NCBI GenBank assembly: GCA_013387215.1
Contig: WARW01000022.1
Location: 169,897-233,896 of the forward strand
Source: Patescibacteria group bacterium
Lineage (GTDB): Bacteria; Patescibacteriota; Microgenomatia; UBA12405
Length of the DNA stretch: 64,000 nucleotides
Reading direction: 5' to 3'
Positions 19,628-29,604 of this stretch are shown in pieces (the first letter of the stretch is position 1; each line of letters opens with the position of its first letter). The notes under the pieces were generated by a model that did no database searches, was not told the origin of the DNA, and saw nothing but the letters and a program-made list of their open reading frames with translations. A program made the position numbers and the translations under genes.

Positions 19628-19939
19628 TATCCTAGAGAAGCTGAAGGGTTAACTCCGACGTAAAGCCGGAGAGGAAAGTCTGGACCACAAAAAGCAAGGA
19701 ACTTAAAAATATAGAGCAAGGCGTGAGCTTTGGGCAATGCTACAGAGACGAGTAGTCCCGCAAGGGATGAGATGAAACGAGCATCCTTCCTGTGGAAATC
19801 TCAAGTTGAGACGTTTGTATCTGGCTTCCCGAAGTAAATTCGGGATCAGGTTCGAAAGAATCTGATTTGAGAGTCTCAGGTGGAGAGAATAGATAGATGA
19901 CCCATAAACAGAATCCAGCTTAACAGTTTCTCTGGGATA
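19628..19939 (+). ncRNA. rnpB: RNase P RNA
   Basis: GAGGAAAGTC and ACAGAATCCAGCTTA conserved regions; terminal P1 TATCCTAGAGA/TCTCTGGGATA. Confidence 0.93.
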
Positions 19940-19941
19940 TT

Positions 19942-20928
19942 TTATTTGATTGGCAGTTCTTTTTTAAAAAGAACTTTTATAATCACTTCAACGGTCATGT
20001 ATATCGGCACTGCTAAGATGGCACCAGGAACTCCTCCAAGTTTGGCACCAGTAAGTAATAACAAAATTGTTATTACTGGATTGATATCACAAGATTCTTT
20101 CATTACTTTGGGTGCAATAAAATTTCCTTCTAATTGTTGAATTAAAATACCAGCACCGAGAGTTAGTAAACCTATGGTTGGTGATACAGTAAAACCAATA
20201 ATTGATGAAAACACCACTGAAATTATAGAACCAATATTGGGTACTATTTCTAAAAGTCCTGTAATTATTGCTAAAGATACAGCATAGTTTAGTCCTAAAA
20301 TTAAATAAACAAAATAAGATAAAATACCCATAACAACCATTAATATTAATTCGGCATTGACCCAATTACCGAGTCTTATTTCAAGGTTATCAATTATTTT
20401 AGTTATAAGACCGCCGTTTTTTTCTCCAAAAAAGTCAATGCTATATTTGGCAAAATGTTTTCTTTCTAAGAGTAAATAAAATGTAATGATAAGAATAATT
20501 ATGGCTGAAAATAAATTTGAAACAAAAGATACTGCGATATTGGCTATTCCACCGGGAACAGGTTCAAGTATTTTGAGCTGAGAAGAAAAATCAGAGGCTT
20601 TTAGCCCGTAGATATTTATGTTTTTAACCAAATCGGGCAGAGTTTTTATTAAGCCGGTAGTTTGATCTACTAAAGGTGGAATTATGCCGGCAAAAGCAAA
20701 AAATAAGACGGATAAACCAAGCAGATAAATAATTAATATAGCCAAGGCCCTTGGTACTTTTAATTTTTGCAACCTATTTATAGTAGGATTTATGGCTTCC
20801 ATGAAAATAAAACAAACGAAAACCAAAATTATTATGCTTCGGATGTTCCACAATAAAGCCAAAGCAAGTAAAAACAAGACAGTAAAAACAATCGTTTTGG
20901 GCGATATTTCAATCCTTTTAGTTCTCAT
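19942..20928 (-). CDS. AI-2E family transporter, copy 2
   Basis: Multi-TM; LEIVPNIG, QQLEGNFIAPKVM, GAILAVP. Confidence 0.9.
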   Translation of the reverse strand: MRTKRIEISPKTIVFTVLFLLALALLWNIRSIIILVFVCFIFMEAINPTINRLQKLKVPRALAILIIYLLGLSVLFFAFAGIIPPLVDQTTGLIKTLPDLVKNINIYGLKASDFSSQLKILEPVPGGIANIAVSFVSNLFSAIIILIITFYLLLERKHFAKYSIDFFGEKNGGLITKIIDNLEIRLGNWVNAELILMVVMGILSYFVYLILGLNYAVSLAIITGLLEIVPNIGSIISVVFSSIIGFTVSPTIGLLTLGAGILIQQLEGNFIAPKVMKESCDINPVITILLLLTGAKLGGVPGAILAVPIYMTVEVIIKVLFKKELPIK

Positions 20929-20965
20929 GATTTATTTTATCATTACCGGCGTGTATTCCACGATC

Positions 20966-21952
20966 TTATTGAATTTTGAGATCTCTTCCGAAAACGATTT
21001 TTATAACTACTTCGATAGTCATATAGACCGGAACGGCTAAAATGGCACCAACTATTCCACCAAGCTGAGCACCTACAACCAAAAGTAAAATTGTGATTAC
21101 TGGACTAATATTGCAAGTCTCTTTCATAATCTTGGGAATAATAAAGTTATTTAAAATCAAGTGAAGTACAGTGCAGCAAGCAATAACTAAAAGTGCAGAG
21201 GTCGGCGAAATCGTGAGACCAATAATGGCGGCAAAGATAACTGCAATAATGGCTCCGATGTTTGGAACTATTTCCAATATTCCGGCAATTATGGCCAAAG
21301 ATACAGCATATTTTAGACCAAGAATTAAATATATTAGATATGAAATAATACCAACAGATATCATGAGAATTAATTGCGAATTAACCCAATTACCTAAGCG
21401 GGCTTCAAGACCATCAATAATTTTTGAAATTTTATTGCCAGCATTGTCTCCAAAATAATTAGTGGCGTATTTATGGAAATGTTTTCTTTCCAAGATTAAA
21501 TAAAAAGTTATCATCATGACGATGATGGTATAAAAGATATTAGAAACAATTGAAACTGCAATATTAGCAATATCCCCAGGAAGCGGTTCAAGTATTTTAA
21601 ATTGTGATGATAAATCAATGGCCGACTTTCCAAAGAAATTAGTGTTTTGGATAATATCGGGAAGGGTTTTAACAAGTCCTGTTGTTTGTTCTACTAAAAC
21701 TGGAACAATTCCGGCAAAAGCAAAAAATAAAATTGCCAGAATAACTAAATAAATTATTGAGACAGATAAGAGCCTTGGGATTTTAATTTTTTCAAGACTA
21801 GTAACAGTAGGATTTATGGCTTCCATTAAAACGAAACAAACAAAAATTAAGACGATTATTCCACGAATACTCCATAATAAAGCTAAGGCTAAAAGAAATA
21901 GAACGGTAAAAACAATAGTTTTGGGCGATATTTCAATCTTTCTGGTTCTCAT
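20966..21952 (-). CDS. AI-2E family transporter, copy 1
   Basis: Same family motifs; N-terminus almost identical to copy 2. Confidence 0.9.
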   Translation of the reverse strand: MRTRKIEISPKTIVFTVLFLLALALLWSIRGIIVLIFVCFVLMEAINPTVTSLEKIKIPRLLSVSIIYLVILAILFFAFAGIVPVLVEQTTGLVKTLPDIIQNTNFFGKSAIDLSSQFKILEPLPGDIANIAVSIVSNIFYTIIVMMITFYLILERKHFHKYATNYFGDNAGNKISKIIDGLEARLGNWVNSQLILMISVGIISYLIYLILGLKYAVSLAIIAGILEIVPNIGAIIAVIFAAIIGLTISPTSALLVIACCTVLHLILNNFIIPKIMKETCNISPVITILLLVVGAQLGGIVGAILAVPVYMTIEVVIKIVFGRDLKIQ

Positions 21953-22881
21953 GGTTTATTGTACCATTCGCTTGCTGTTTCGAAGACATTTTGTTCCCAT
22001 AAGTTTTGAGTAATATCGAAGGAGTTGATGTTGGTCTTGTTTTTAAACCAGGTTTTTTGGCGACGGGCGTATGCATGTTCATCAAATTTCCATTGCTGAA
22101 TACAATCTTTGAGGGTCGCATCATAAGGTTCTTTTACGGATTTAACATTAAAGCTTTTTGCAAAATATTTTTTGAATTCTTTGTAGGCCAAAGTATTTAA
22201 TCCAATATCCGACCATGTGTATTTTTTTAATAATTTATTAATCTCTTCCAATAATCCTAACTTCAATCTAGACTCAACCCGCTTATCTATTTTTTGATAA
22301 AGATGATCATTGGGAGCAGTTAATGAAATATGAAGGTAATCAAATTTATTATTAGGAACTACAGATAATATTTTTTTTGGTGAAAGAGTAATTTCAATTT
22401 TTCTGATTAAGCGATGAGGATTGTGAACTTCAGAATTATTTAATTTTATATATTCAGATTTATTTAAAAATTTATATATTTTTTGTAAATTCGGAACAGA
22501 AAAATGTTTTAAAACAGTTCTTAAAATATGGTTTGGTTTGATTGAATATGTTTCACAATTGGAATTAATTATAGAATCTATATATAGGCCAGTACCGCCA
22601 ACTATTATAGGTAATTTACCTTTATTCTGAATTTCTTCGATTTTTTCTATAGCTAATTTTCGGTATTGAGCGACTGAAAAAGATTGGTCAGGATTAATTA
22701 GATCAATCAAATTAATATGGATATTTTTTGAATGATCTTTGCCAGTGCCAATATCCATTCCTTTATATATTTGACGCGAATCAGCAGAAATCAATTCACC
22801 ATTAAATTGTTTTGCCAATTTTATGGCTAAATCCGTTTTGCCAGTAGCTGTTGGCCCAGAAATGATCAAAACTTTATTCAT
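21949..22881 (-). CDS. miaA: tRNA dimethylallyltransferase
   Basis: GPTATGKT, SADSRQIY, VGGTGLY, YARRQKTWF. Confidence 0.96.
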   Translation of the reverse strand: MNKVLIISGPTATGKTDLAIKLAKQFNGELISADSRQIYKGMDIGTGKDHSKNIHINLIDLINPDQSFSVAQYRKLAIEKIEEIQNKGKLPIIVGGTGLYIDSIINSNCETYSIKPNHILRTVLKHFSVPNLQKIYKFLNKSEYIKLNNSEVHNPHRLIRKIEITLSPKKILSVVPNNKFDYLHISLTAPNDHLYQKIDKRVESRLKLGLLEEINKLLKKYTWSDIGLNTLAYKEFKKYFAKSFNVKSVKEPYDATLKDCIQQWKFDEHAYARRQKTWFKNKTNINSFDITQNLWEQNVFETASEWYNKP

Positions 22882-22922
22882 GGTGATATTTTACCCTATT
22901 TATTTGATACAATCGCAAGCAT

Positions 22923-23573
22923 ATGAACGGAAAAGAATGCGGTTTTTGTAAAAACTCGACAGGCAAGAACCCAACAAGAGTGACAATTGGCAAGCTTCGC
23001 TGTATGAATACGACCAACATGGAATCTGTAATAAAAGAATCAAGCATTAGTATTAGATTTGGAGATAAAAATAGAAATTACAAAAATATGATTTTAAAAA
23101 TTCCCCACTACTTTGAAGGCGAAGAAAAAGAATTTCCAGAAGCAATACCCGAAAATGTTTTAAAGAAATATAAAAAATTAAAAGAAAATGGGTTTCCGGT
23201 GGTGCCAACTTTTAGATATGATCCAGAGAATAAATATTTTTTAATGACTGATTTAACTGAAAATGGCAAAAATATTATTATTGATAAACATGAACCTTTA
23301 AAAAATACTAATATAAATATCGAGAATATCGACCAAATCAAAAAAGAAATACTCCAAACGGCAGAAAAAGCTTGGAATAACGAAATATTTTTAAGTTATG
23401 ATGCTTATGCGGTGGTAGTTAACAAAGAAACAAGAATTGGTAAACTCTATATTCTTGACATTGGACAAATGTCCTATGAAATAGACCATAGATATTGTTT
23501 AATTTACGACACTAAAGATGATGCTATAGATAAAGCTGAACTTTTTTTAAAACATTCCTTTTCTAAAGACTAA
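22923..23573 (+). CDS. Hypothetical protein, possibly kinase-like fold
   Basis: 216 aa ORF; LKENGFPVVP..LMTDL..D..ILDIG pattern. Confidence 0.55.
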   Translation: MNGKECGFCKNSTGKNPTRVTIGKLRCMNTTNMESVIKESSISIRFGDKNRNYKNMILKIPHYFEGEEKEFPEAIPENVLKKYKKLKENGFPVVPTFRYDPENKYFLMTDLTENGKNIIIDKHEPLKNTNINIENIDQIKKEILQTAEKAWNNEIFLSYDAYAVVVNKETRIGKLYILDIGQMSYEIDHRYCLIYDTKDDAIDKAELFLKHSFSKD

Positions 23574-24658
23574 GCATTGATTCTGAACTCTACAACATCG
23601 TCTGGCTGCATGATATAGTCTCTGCCTTCGTGTCGAAGTCGGCCTGCTTCCTTGGCTCCTGTGAGCCCTTTAAATTGAACGAAGTCGTCATAGGAAACAA
23701 CTTCAGCCATGATAAATCCTTTTTCAAAATCGGTGTGGATTGCGGCTGCAGCTTTGGGAGCCGTGTCGCCTTTATAAATAGTCCAGGCACGAGCCTCTTT
23801 GACTCCTGCGGTGTAGTAGGATTGTAAGCCTAAAGTGTCGTAAGCCTTTTGAATGACGCGTTCTAGGCCTGATTTTTCCATTCCTAATTCTTTGAGATAA
23901 TCTGTTTTTTCTTCGGGAGATAGTTCAGATAAATCATATTCAATTTTGGCGCAAACAGGAATTACAGAATTATAATTTTCGATATTAATTTTCCAATTAT
24001 TAATATTTTTGTAGGTCCCCTCATCAACATTTGCAACTATAAAATATGGCTTGGCCGTCAATAAAAAGAATTCTTTAAGCAATTCTTTTTCTTCATCATT
24101 TAAAGGCATATTGATAGCTAAATGACCTTGATCGAATTCTGATTTTAGTTTTTGGGCAAGAATAAACTTTTTAGATTTGCTTTCTTTGGGGTTATTTTTA
24201 TTGGTACTAATATATTTTTCAACACTATCCAAATCTTTAATTATCAACTCAGCACAAATAACTTCAAAATCGCCCTGAGGATCAACTGAACCTTCTTTAA
24301 TAATATTGTCGTCGGTAAAAGATCTGACTACATGACAAATAGCATCACAATCACGAATGTTGGTTAAAAATTTATTACCTAAACCTTCACCCTGAGAAGC
24401 ACCTTTAACAAGCCCTGCAATATCAACAAATTCGACAATAGCAGGAACAACTTTATCGGTTTTAACAATTTCTGCCAATACTGGCAATTTGTCGTCTGGA
24501 ACTTCGACGACACCAACATTTGGATCGATGGTACAAAAAGGATAATTACTAGCATCCGCTACTTGCTTGCCAAGTAGAGCGTTGAAGAGAGTTGATTTGC
24601 CGACATTAGGAAGACCGACAATTCCAATACTTAATTTAGACATGAGGTATTTTATCAA
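23570..24658 (-). CDS. ychF: Redox-regulated ATPase YchF (start probably MSKLSIG)
   Basis: GIVGLPNVGKSTLFN, NYPFCTIDPN, DIAGLV, IHTDFEKGFI. Confidence 0.96.
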   Translation of the reverse strand: MIKYLMSKLSIGIVGLPNVGKSTLFNALLGKQVADASNYPFCTIDPNVGVVEVPDDKLPVLAEIVKTDKVVPAIVEFVDIAGLVKGASQGEGLGNKFLTNIRDCDAICHVVRSFTDDNIIKEGSVDPQGDFEVICAELIIKDLDSVEKYISTNKNNPKESKSKKFILAQKLKSEFDQGHLAINMPLNDEEKELLKEFFLLTAKPYFIVANVDEGTYKNINNWKINIENYNSVIPVCAKIEYDLSELSPEEKTDYLKELGMEKSGLERVIQKAYDTLGLQSYYTAGVKEARAWTIYKGDTAPKAAAAIHTDFEKGFIMAEVVSYDDFVQFKGLTGAKEAGRLRHEGRDYIMQPDDVVEFRINA

Positions 24659-24706
24659 TAATTATCTAGAATGTCGTCTAAATGAAGCTAAAATGTTTTA
24701 ATATAT

Positions 24707-25348
24707 TTAGATTTTTGATTTTGTCCGACGATTATACGCATGATGATATGGGAACTCTTCAGTGGTTAAATCTTCTGGAGAAAAAACTTTTTGTTTTAAT
24801 TTTAAAGTCCACTTGTATAGCGCATCCAATAGTTCTTTAATTTTTTCTTTAGTATGTTCGTCGGTTAAATTTTCATTTGAGTCTATTTTTTTTGAAATTT
24901 CCGGAACGATTACTTCTGGACGATTAAGCGGAAACATATTTAAGAAAATAAATATTTGTCTTAAATTAAGCTGAGCCCGAACGCCACCCATCATGCCGCT
25001 TGATGCAGACATAATGGCGGCCGGTTTTCCTTCCCAAGCGCTATCACCATATGGACGGGATGCCCAGTCGATAGCATTTTTTAAAACTCCTGGAATTGAA
25101 TAATTATATTCCGGAGTTGAAATTAAAATGGCATCGGCTGATTTTATTTGATTTTTAAAATCAACCACAACTTCCGGCGGATTATTTTCATAATCCTGAT
25201 TAAAAATGGGAATTTCTCCAAGTCTTCCAAAGACCATCACTTCCATATTTTCGGGACTTAATTTTTGGGCAGTATTTAGGACTAAAGTGTTATAAGAGTT
25301 TTTTCTTATGCTTCCAGAAATACCTAAAACAGTAATTATATTTTTCAT
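24707..25348 (-). CDS. NADPH-dependent FMN reductase
   Basis: ISGSIRKNSYN, TPEYNYSIPGVLKNAIDWASRP. Confidence 0.93.
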   Translation of the reverse strand: MKNIITVLGISGSIRKNSYNTLVLNTAQKLSPENMEVMVFGRLGEIPIFNQDYENNPPEVVVDFKNQIKSADAILISTPEYNYSIPGVLKNAIDWASRPYGDSAWEGKPAAIMSASSGMMGGVRAQLNLRQIFIFLNMFPLNRPEVIVPEISKKIDSNENLTDEHTKEKIKELLDALYKWTLKLKQKVFSPEDLTTEEFPYHHAYNRRTKSKI

Positions 25349-25785
25349 TATTTTTCTTGATTAACCCGTTTTCGGATACTAATTTTTTTAGGAGCTTGTT
25401 TTTCAATTTTAGGAAAAGTCATCTTTAAAACTCCATTATCAAATTCACAGATCGGTTCCTGATTAGACGCTGCGTTTTTAGGTAATCTAAAAGTGTAATT
25501 GTATGTTTGAAGCATGGAAGACATAAAATATTTTCGCTTATTTTTATCTTCCTCTTGAGTTTCATTGGACCCAGTGACTCTCACAACATTATCATCATCA
25601 ACTGTTATATCTATTTTATCCTCAGGAATACCAGGTAAAGCAGCTTCGGCTATTATTTCAGAATCCGTTTCATAAATATTCAAACCTTGTCCAACCAATC
25701 TTGATAAACCTGGAAAGGTAGGCATGTCTAATTCATCATCAAAAAACCTGTCAATATTCCAGGGATTCCATCTAATTATTGCCAT
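25348..25785 (-). CDS. Hsp20/alpha-crystallin small heat-shock protein
   Basis: AAGGAGGTGA before ATG25785; NIYET..AALPGI..F.LP..NGVLKMTFPK..I.I. Confidence 0.92.
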   Translation of the reverse strand: MAIIRWNPWNIDRFFDDELDMPTFPGLSRLVGQGLNIYETDSEIIAEAALPGIPEDKIDITVDDDNVVRVTGSNETQEEDKNKRKYFMSSMLQTYNYTFRLPKNAASNQEPICEFDNGVLKMTFPKIEKQAPKKISIRKRVNQEK

Positions 25786-25901
25786 ATTAATCACCTCCTT
25801 TTCATTAATTAATATATAAAAGTTAATTAAGATTTTTTTAAAAAAAGAAAACGAGATCAGTAAGAAGCGGATAATCAATTAGTTTCTAGAATTATTACAA
25901 A

Positions 25902-26516
25902 ATGTACAAATATTTTGTGGTATTATTTCTGTTTGAAACTCGTAAAAATTTTGTAAGAATGATTAAAAACTGTTACCAATTGAAACGGTACAAGATAAGC
26001 ATTAAACAAAACAAAAAGTCTTCCCAAATTAAAATGGAAATGCCGTTGTGTTGCCTGAGCACGGAACATTTGCCATTTACCAAGACTATTTTGAATATTC
26101 TTTTGCCTCATATTTTCAGAGGCAAGTGTTTCAACGATGGTGAACTGCCATTTCGAATCGAAGTTGAAAATACAGAGACAGGCCATCTTTTTGAACATAT
26201 TCTTTTGGAATACCTTTGTGACTACAAAATTAAACTTGGTGCAAAAACAGTAACTTTTTGCGGCGAAACCCAATGGAATTGGAAAAAAGAAAAGCGGGGT
26301 ATTTTTAATATTACCGTCAACACTTGTGATGAGGACGTTGATATTTTTTACCCCGCTTTAGAAAAGTCGATCGAGCTTTTTGACTTTATTCTTGAAAATG
26401 GTCAGCGCAACTTTACTAATAATACTTTTAACAATTGGTATTATCTGCTGGCTGTTGATTTCTTAGCTGCACCTCGTCTTGATCTTTGTCCGCCTTTCTT
26501 TCCGATACGGCTGTAG
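25902..26516 (+). CDS. Stand-alone cyanophycin-synthetase N-terminal-like domain protein
   Basis: TETGHLFEHILLEYL resembles the CphA N-domain GHxxEHxxLE motif. Confidence 0.6.
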   Translation: MYKYFVVLFLFETRKNFVRMIKNCYQLKRYKISIKQNKKSSQIKMEMPLCCLSTEHLPFTKTILNILLPHIFRGKCFNDGELPFRIEVENTETGHLFEHILLEYLCDYKIKLGAKTVTFCGETQWNWKKEKRGIFNITVNTCDEDVDIFYPALEKSIELFDFILENGQRNFTNNTFNNWYYLLAVDFLAAPRLDLCPPFFPIRL

Positions 26517-26614
26517 AAGTCAGAACCGTGGGATTTTTTTGTTGCTTCCCCACCCTTTCGTCCTGCTTCCTGAACAGTCATGGAACCTTTGCGGCGATTT
26601 GATGTGTTTGCCAT
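26441..26614 (-). CDS. GsiB/Em-like KGG general stress protein (57 aa), not in the ORF track
   Basis: MTVQEAGRKGGEATKKSHGSDFYSRIGKKGG; GGAGG SD. Confidence 0.9.
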   Translation of the reverse strand: MANTSNRRKGSMTVQEAGRKGGEATKKSHGSDFYSRIGKKGGQRSRRGAAKKSTASR

Positions 26615-26726
26615 TTAACTTTTCCTCCATAAATATTTAACATTTAACATCGTTGTTAAATGGTATTCTATTGCGATTGTTTAAAATCCAAACGAAAATG
26701 AGGTAAGAGGAAAGTAAGAGTTTGCT

Positions 26727-27425
26727 TTATCCGTGAGGGTAGAGATTAATAGCTATATTTTTTACTTGAACAAGGGTTTCTTCTTCACCCGAACAAACAA
26801 CCGATGGCAAAGTTATTGGATGAATGTTTTTGGCCACAAAATCTTTTAAAAAATCAACACAAGTTTGATGTTCAATTGGCAAGCATCTGGATTGTAAATC
26901 TTCAACTGTATCGAAAGGAAAAATATCAACTCTATTTGTTTTTAAAACTTGACCTTCATCAAAATTTAAAGCAACCTTTTGGACAATAACATTAGTCCAA
27001 TAATCTCTTTTAGTTAAACGACGAAATAATAAAGTGGCAGCGTGCACCCGGCGACCATACATTCCTTTTCCCCCAAAGTCAGGTACAATCCCTGGGTGCT
27101 GATTAAATATGGAATTTTTATATTGATTAATTACAATTGGCGGAGTTAATGGCAACCAACCGTTTTGCGAGACAACTGTAACATTTCTTATTTTCAATTC
27201 GTTAATTAAAGTAGCGGCAAAATTTTCCTTGTCTTTTGGGTCTACAGTTATGACATCTTTTTGAGGAATACCAAGATCAAGTGCTTTTCTGATACCGCCT
27301 GCATCTGGATTGCTAGAAATTACACAGGCAATATCCAAATCAAGTTCTTTTGATTGGACTGATTTAATAATTTGCTGCATAGTAGAACCACCACCAGAAA
27401 TTAGAATTGCCAATCGCTCTTTCAT
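26727..27425 (-). CDS. purN: Phosphoribosylglycinamide formyltransferase-like protein
   Basis: LAILISGGGSTMQ, NQHPG..FGGKGMYG..VH, DEG. Confidence 0.8.
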   Translation of the reverse strand: MKERLAILISGGGSTMQQIIKSVQSKELDLDIACVISSNPDAGGIRKALDLGIPQKDVITVDPKDKENFAATLINELKIRNVTVVSQNGWLPLTPPIVINQYKNSIFNQHPGIVPDFGGKGMYGRRVHAATLLFRRLTKRDYWTNVIVQKVALNFDEGQVLKTNRVDIFPFDTVEDLQSRCLPIEHQTCVDFLKDFVAKNIHPITLPSVVCSGEEETLVQVKNIAINLYPHG

Positions 27426-27445
27426 AAATGCAGTCTAGCATAACC

Positions 27446-27476
27446 AAAAAACTCCCCCAATATCTTGGAGGAGTTT
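27446..27476 (-). terminator. Intrinsic terminator after hup
   Basis: ACTCCTCCAA..TTGGGGGAGT followed by a T run on the minus strand. Confidence 0.7.
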
Positions 27477-27494
27477 GAAAAAGTAATTTAAAAA

Positions 27495-27767
27495 TTACTT
27501 GACCATTTTTTTGATTTTGGTACCTGGAATGTAGCGAGGCATTCTTCGAGCGATAATCTTTTTAGCTTCTTTGGAGCCAATAGCTTTAATGGTTTTAGCT
27601 TTGAACATTTTGGTTTTGAAAGTTCCAAAACCTGAAAGTTTAACAACTTCACCACTTGAAAGAGCTTTCATAATTTCATTTAAGAAAGTTTCGACAGCTT
27701 GTTTAGCAGCTTTTTTACTGAGCTTAGCTTTTTGAGATACAAGTTCGATGAGATCTTTTTTGGTCAT
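27495..27767 (-). CDS. hup: HU family DNA-binding protein
   Basis: MTKKDLIE..LSGFGTF..P.Y.PG..K..VK. Confidence 0.92.
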   Translation of the reverse strand: MTKKDLIELVSQKAKLSKKAAKQAVETFLNEIMKALSSGEVVKLSGFGTFKTKMFKAKTIKAIGSKEAKKIIARRMPRYIPGTKIKKMVK

Positions 27768-27833
27768 TATTTTTTATTATTTAATTAGTAATTAAGATAA
27801 TTTTATCGGAATATCGGCAAAATGCAAGTGTTC

Positions 27834-29450
27834 TTAATCATTTTTTACCGCATTTTTGTTGATTTTACTACCGACAATGACACTGCTGGTGCGAACTTCG
27901 CGGATAACAGTGACTTTTATCTGACCTGCCCACTTAGCTTCTTCTTCCAAATGTTCGGCAATATTTTGACTTAATACTTCCGCTTCAGTATCAGAAACTA
28001 TTGATGGTTCAACAATAACAACAACTTCTCTTCCGGCTTGATAAGCAGCGACACTTAGTACACCTGGAAAGTTTTTAGCAACTTCTTCAATGTTCTTCAT
28101 TCGCTTCAAATATTCTTCATGAACTTCATATCTAGCACCAGGACGAGCTCCAGAAGCTGCGTCACCAATATAAACGATAATTGATTCAATAGAAGAGAAT
28201 TCTTTATCCTCATGGTGTTCAGAGACACAATTTATGACGGCTTCGGAAATCTTGAATTTTCGTAAAAGATCAACACCGAGATCGATGTGGGTTCCTTCCT
28301 GGTCGGTAACCACTTTTCCGATATCATGCAATAAAGCGCCTTGTCGGACAATGTTGACATCTGCTTTTAGCTCATATGCAATAGCGGTAGCAATTTTGGT
28401 TGCCTCAATGGTGTGTTTAGCAAGGTTTTGACCATAAGAATATCGGTATTTATATTTTCCAATTTCTTTCATCAAATCGATTGGAAGATTGAAAACGCCG
28501 ACTTCTTGGCAAATTCTTTTACCTTCATTAGTCAAGATTTTATCCATTTCAGTTTTAGTTTGAGCAACAAGCTGTTCAATTTTAAGAGGCTGAATTCGGC
28601 CATCTTTAATTAATTTTTCAAGAGAGATGCGGGCAATTTCACGACGAGTAGAATCGAAAGAAGAAATTCTGATGTCATTGGTTTCATCAAGTTCCAACTC
28701 TACACCAGTAGCTTTTTCAAAAGCTCGAATATTTCGTCCTTCACGACCAATAATCTTACCTTTAATCTTTTCGTCTGGCAAAGAAATTGTGGAGACAGTA
28801 TATTCAGCGACATAGTCAGTTACACCATGTCGAATACAATCAACAATTATTTCTTTGGCTAAATCGTCTTCTTTGCTTTTAATTTCTTCATTAGCTTCTT
28901 CGATCTTTTTAGCAATCCAACTGGTCATTTTCTTTTCAGTGCTACTGATGATTAATTTTTTTGCTTTTTCAACGTCGAGTCCAGAAATATTTTCTAGTTT
29001 TTCAAGTTGTTTTTTATAAAGATCATCAACACTAGCTAATTTAGTTCTGATTTCAGCAGCTTGGCTGTCAAGTGTTCTTTCTTTTTGGATCATGTAACGC
29101 TCTTTCTCATCAAGAGAAGCGAGTCGCTGGAAAATTTCGGCTTCTTTAGCTTTGGCTTCACTTTCAATCTTTTTAGCATTTTGCAAAGCAAGTTGAATGG
29201 AAGCTTCGACTTGAGCGGTATTAACAGCTGGAGCAACAGCAGTGACTACAGGAGCTGCAGGTTCTGAAGCTTGTGATTTTTTAGGCGCAAATACCACTCT
29301 ATTTTTATTGGTATCTTTGGAATCCTTTGCATCCTTACTGTCGACACTGACTTTTGTAATAACTGGGGTTTCGGTTTTTTTAGCTGTATTACCAGCAGTT
29401 TCAGGCACCGAAAATAAACCTTTAACCTTCGATAAAAAATAATCTAACAT
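27834..29450 (-). CDS. rny: Ribonuclease Y
   Basis: KGKIIGREGRNIRAFE (KH), SYGQNL..H, LLHDIGK (HD), ARPGAR. Confidence 0.95.
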   Translation of the reverse strand: MLDYFLSKVKGLFSVPETAGNTAKKTETPVITKVSVDSKDAKDSKDTNKNRVVFAPKKSQASEPAAPVVTAVAPAVNTAQVEASIQLALQNAKKIESEAKAKEAEIFQRLASLDEKERYMIQKERTLDSQAAEIRTKLASVDDLYKKQLEKLENISGLDVEKAKKLIISSTEKKMTSWIAKKIEEANEEIKSKEDDLAKEIIVDCIRHGVTDYVAEYTVSTISLPDEKIKGKIIGREGRNIRAFEKATGVELELDETNDIRISSFDSTRREIARISLEKLIKDGRIQPLKIEQLVAQTKTEMDKILTNEGKRICQEVGVFNLPIDLMKEIGKYKYRYSYGQNLAKHTIEATKIATAIAYELKADVNIVRQGALLHDIGKVVTDQEGTHIDLGVDLLRKFKISEAVINCVSEHHEDKEFSSIESIIVYIGDAASGARPGARYEVHEEYLKRMKNIEEVAKNFPGVLSVAAYQAGREVVVIVEPSIVSDTEAEVLSQNIAEHLEEEAKWAGQIKVTVIREVRTSSVIVGSKINKNAVKND

Positions 29451-29604
29451 AATAACCTCCGTTACTTTTTACAACACGACACCCCCGAATTAGGATATAA
29501 GATTGGGCAAAATTAGAAAACCAAATAATCTAAATGACATGTAGGTGCGTAAATAAAAAGTTGTGTAATTAATAATTAAAATATAAAGTTGAGTTATAGG
29601 TATT

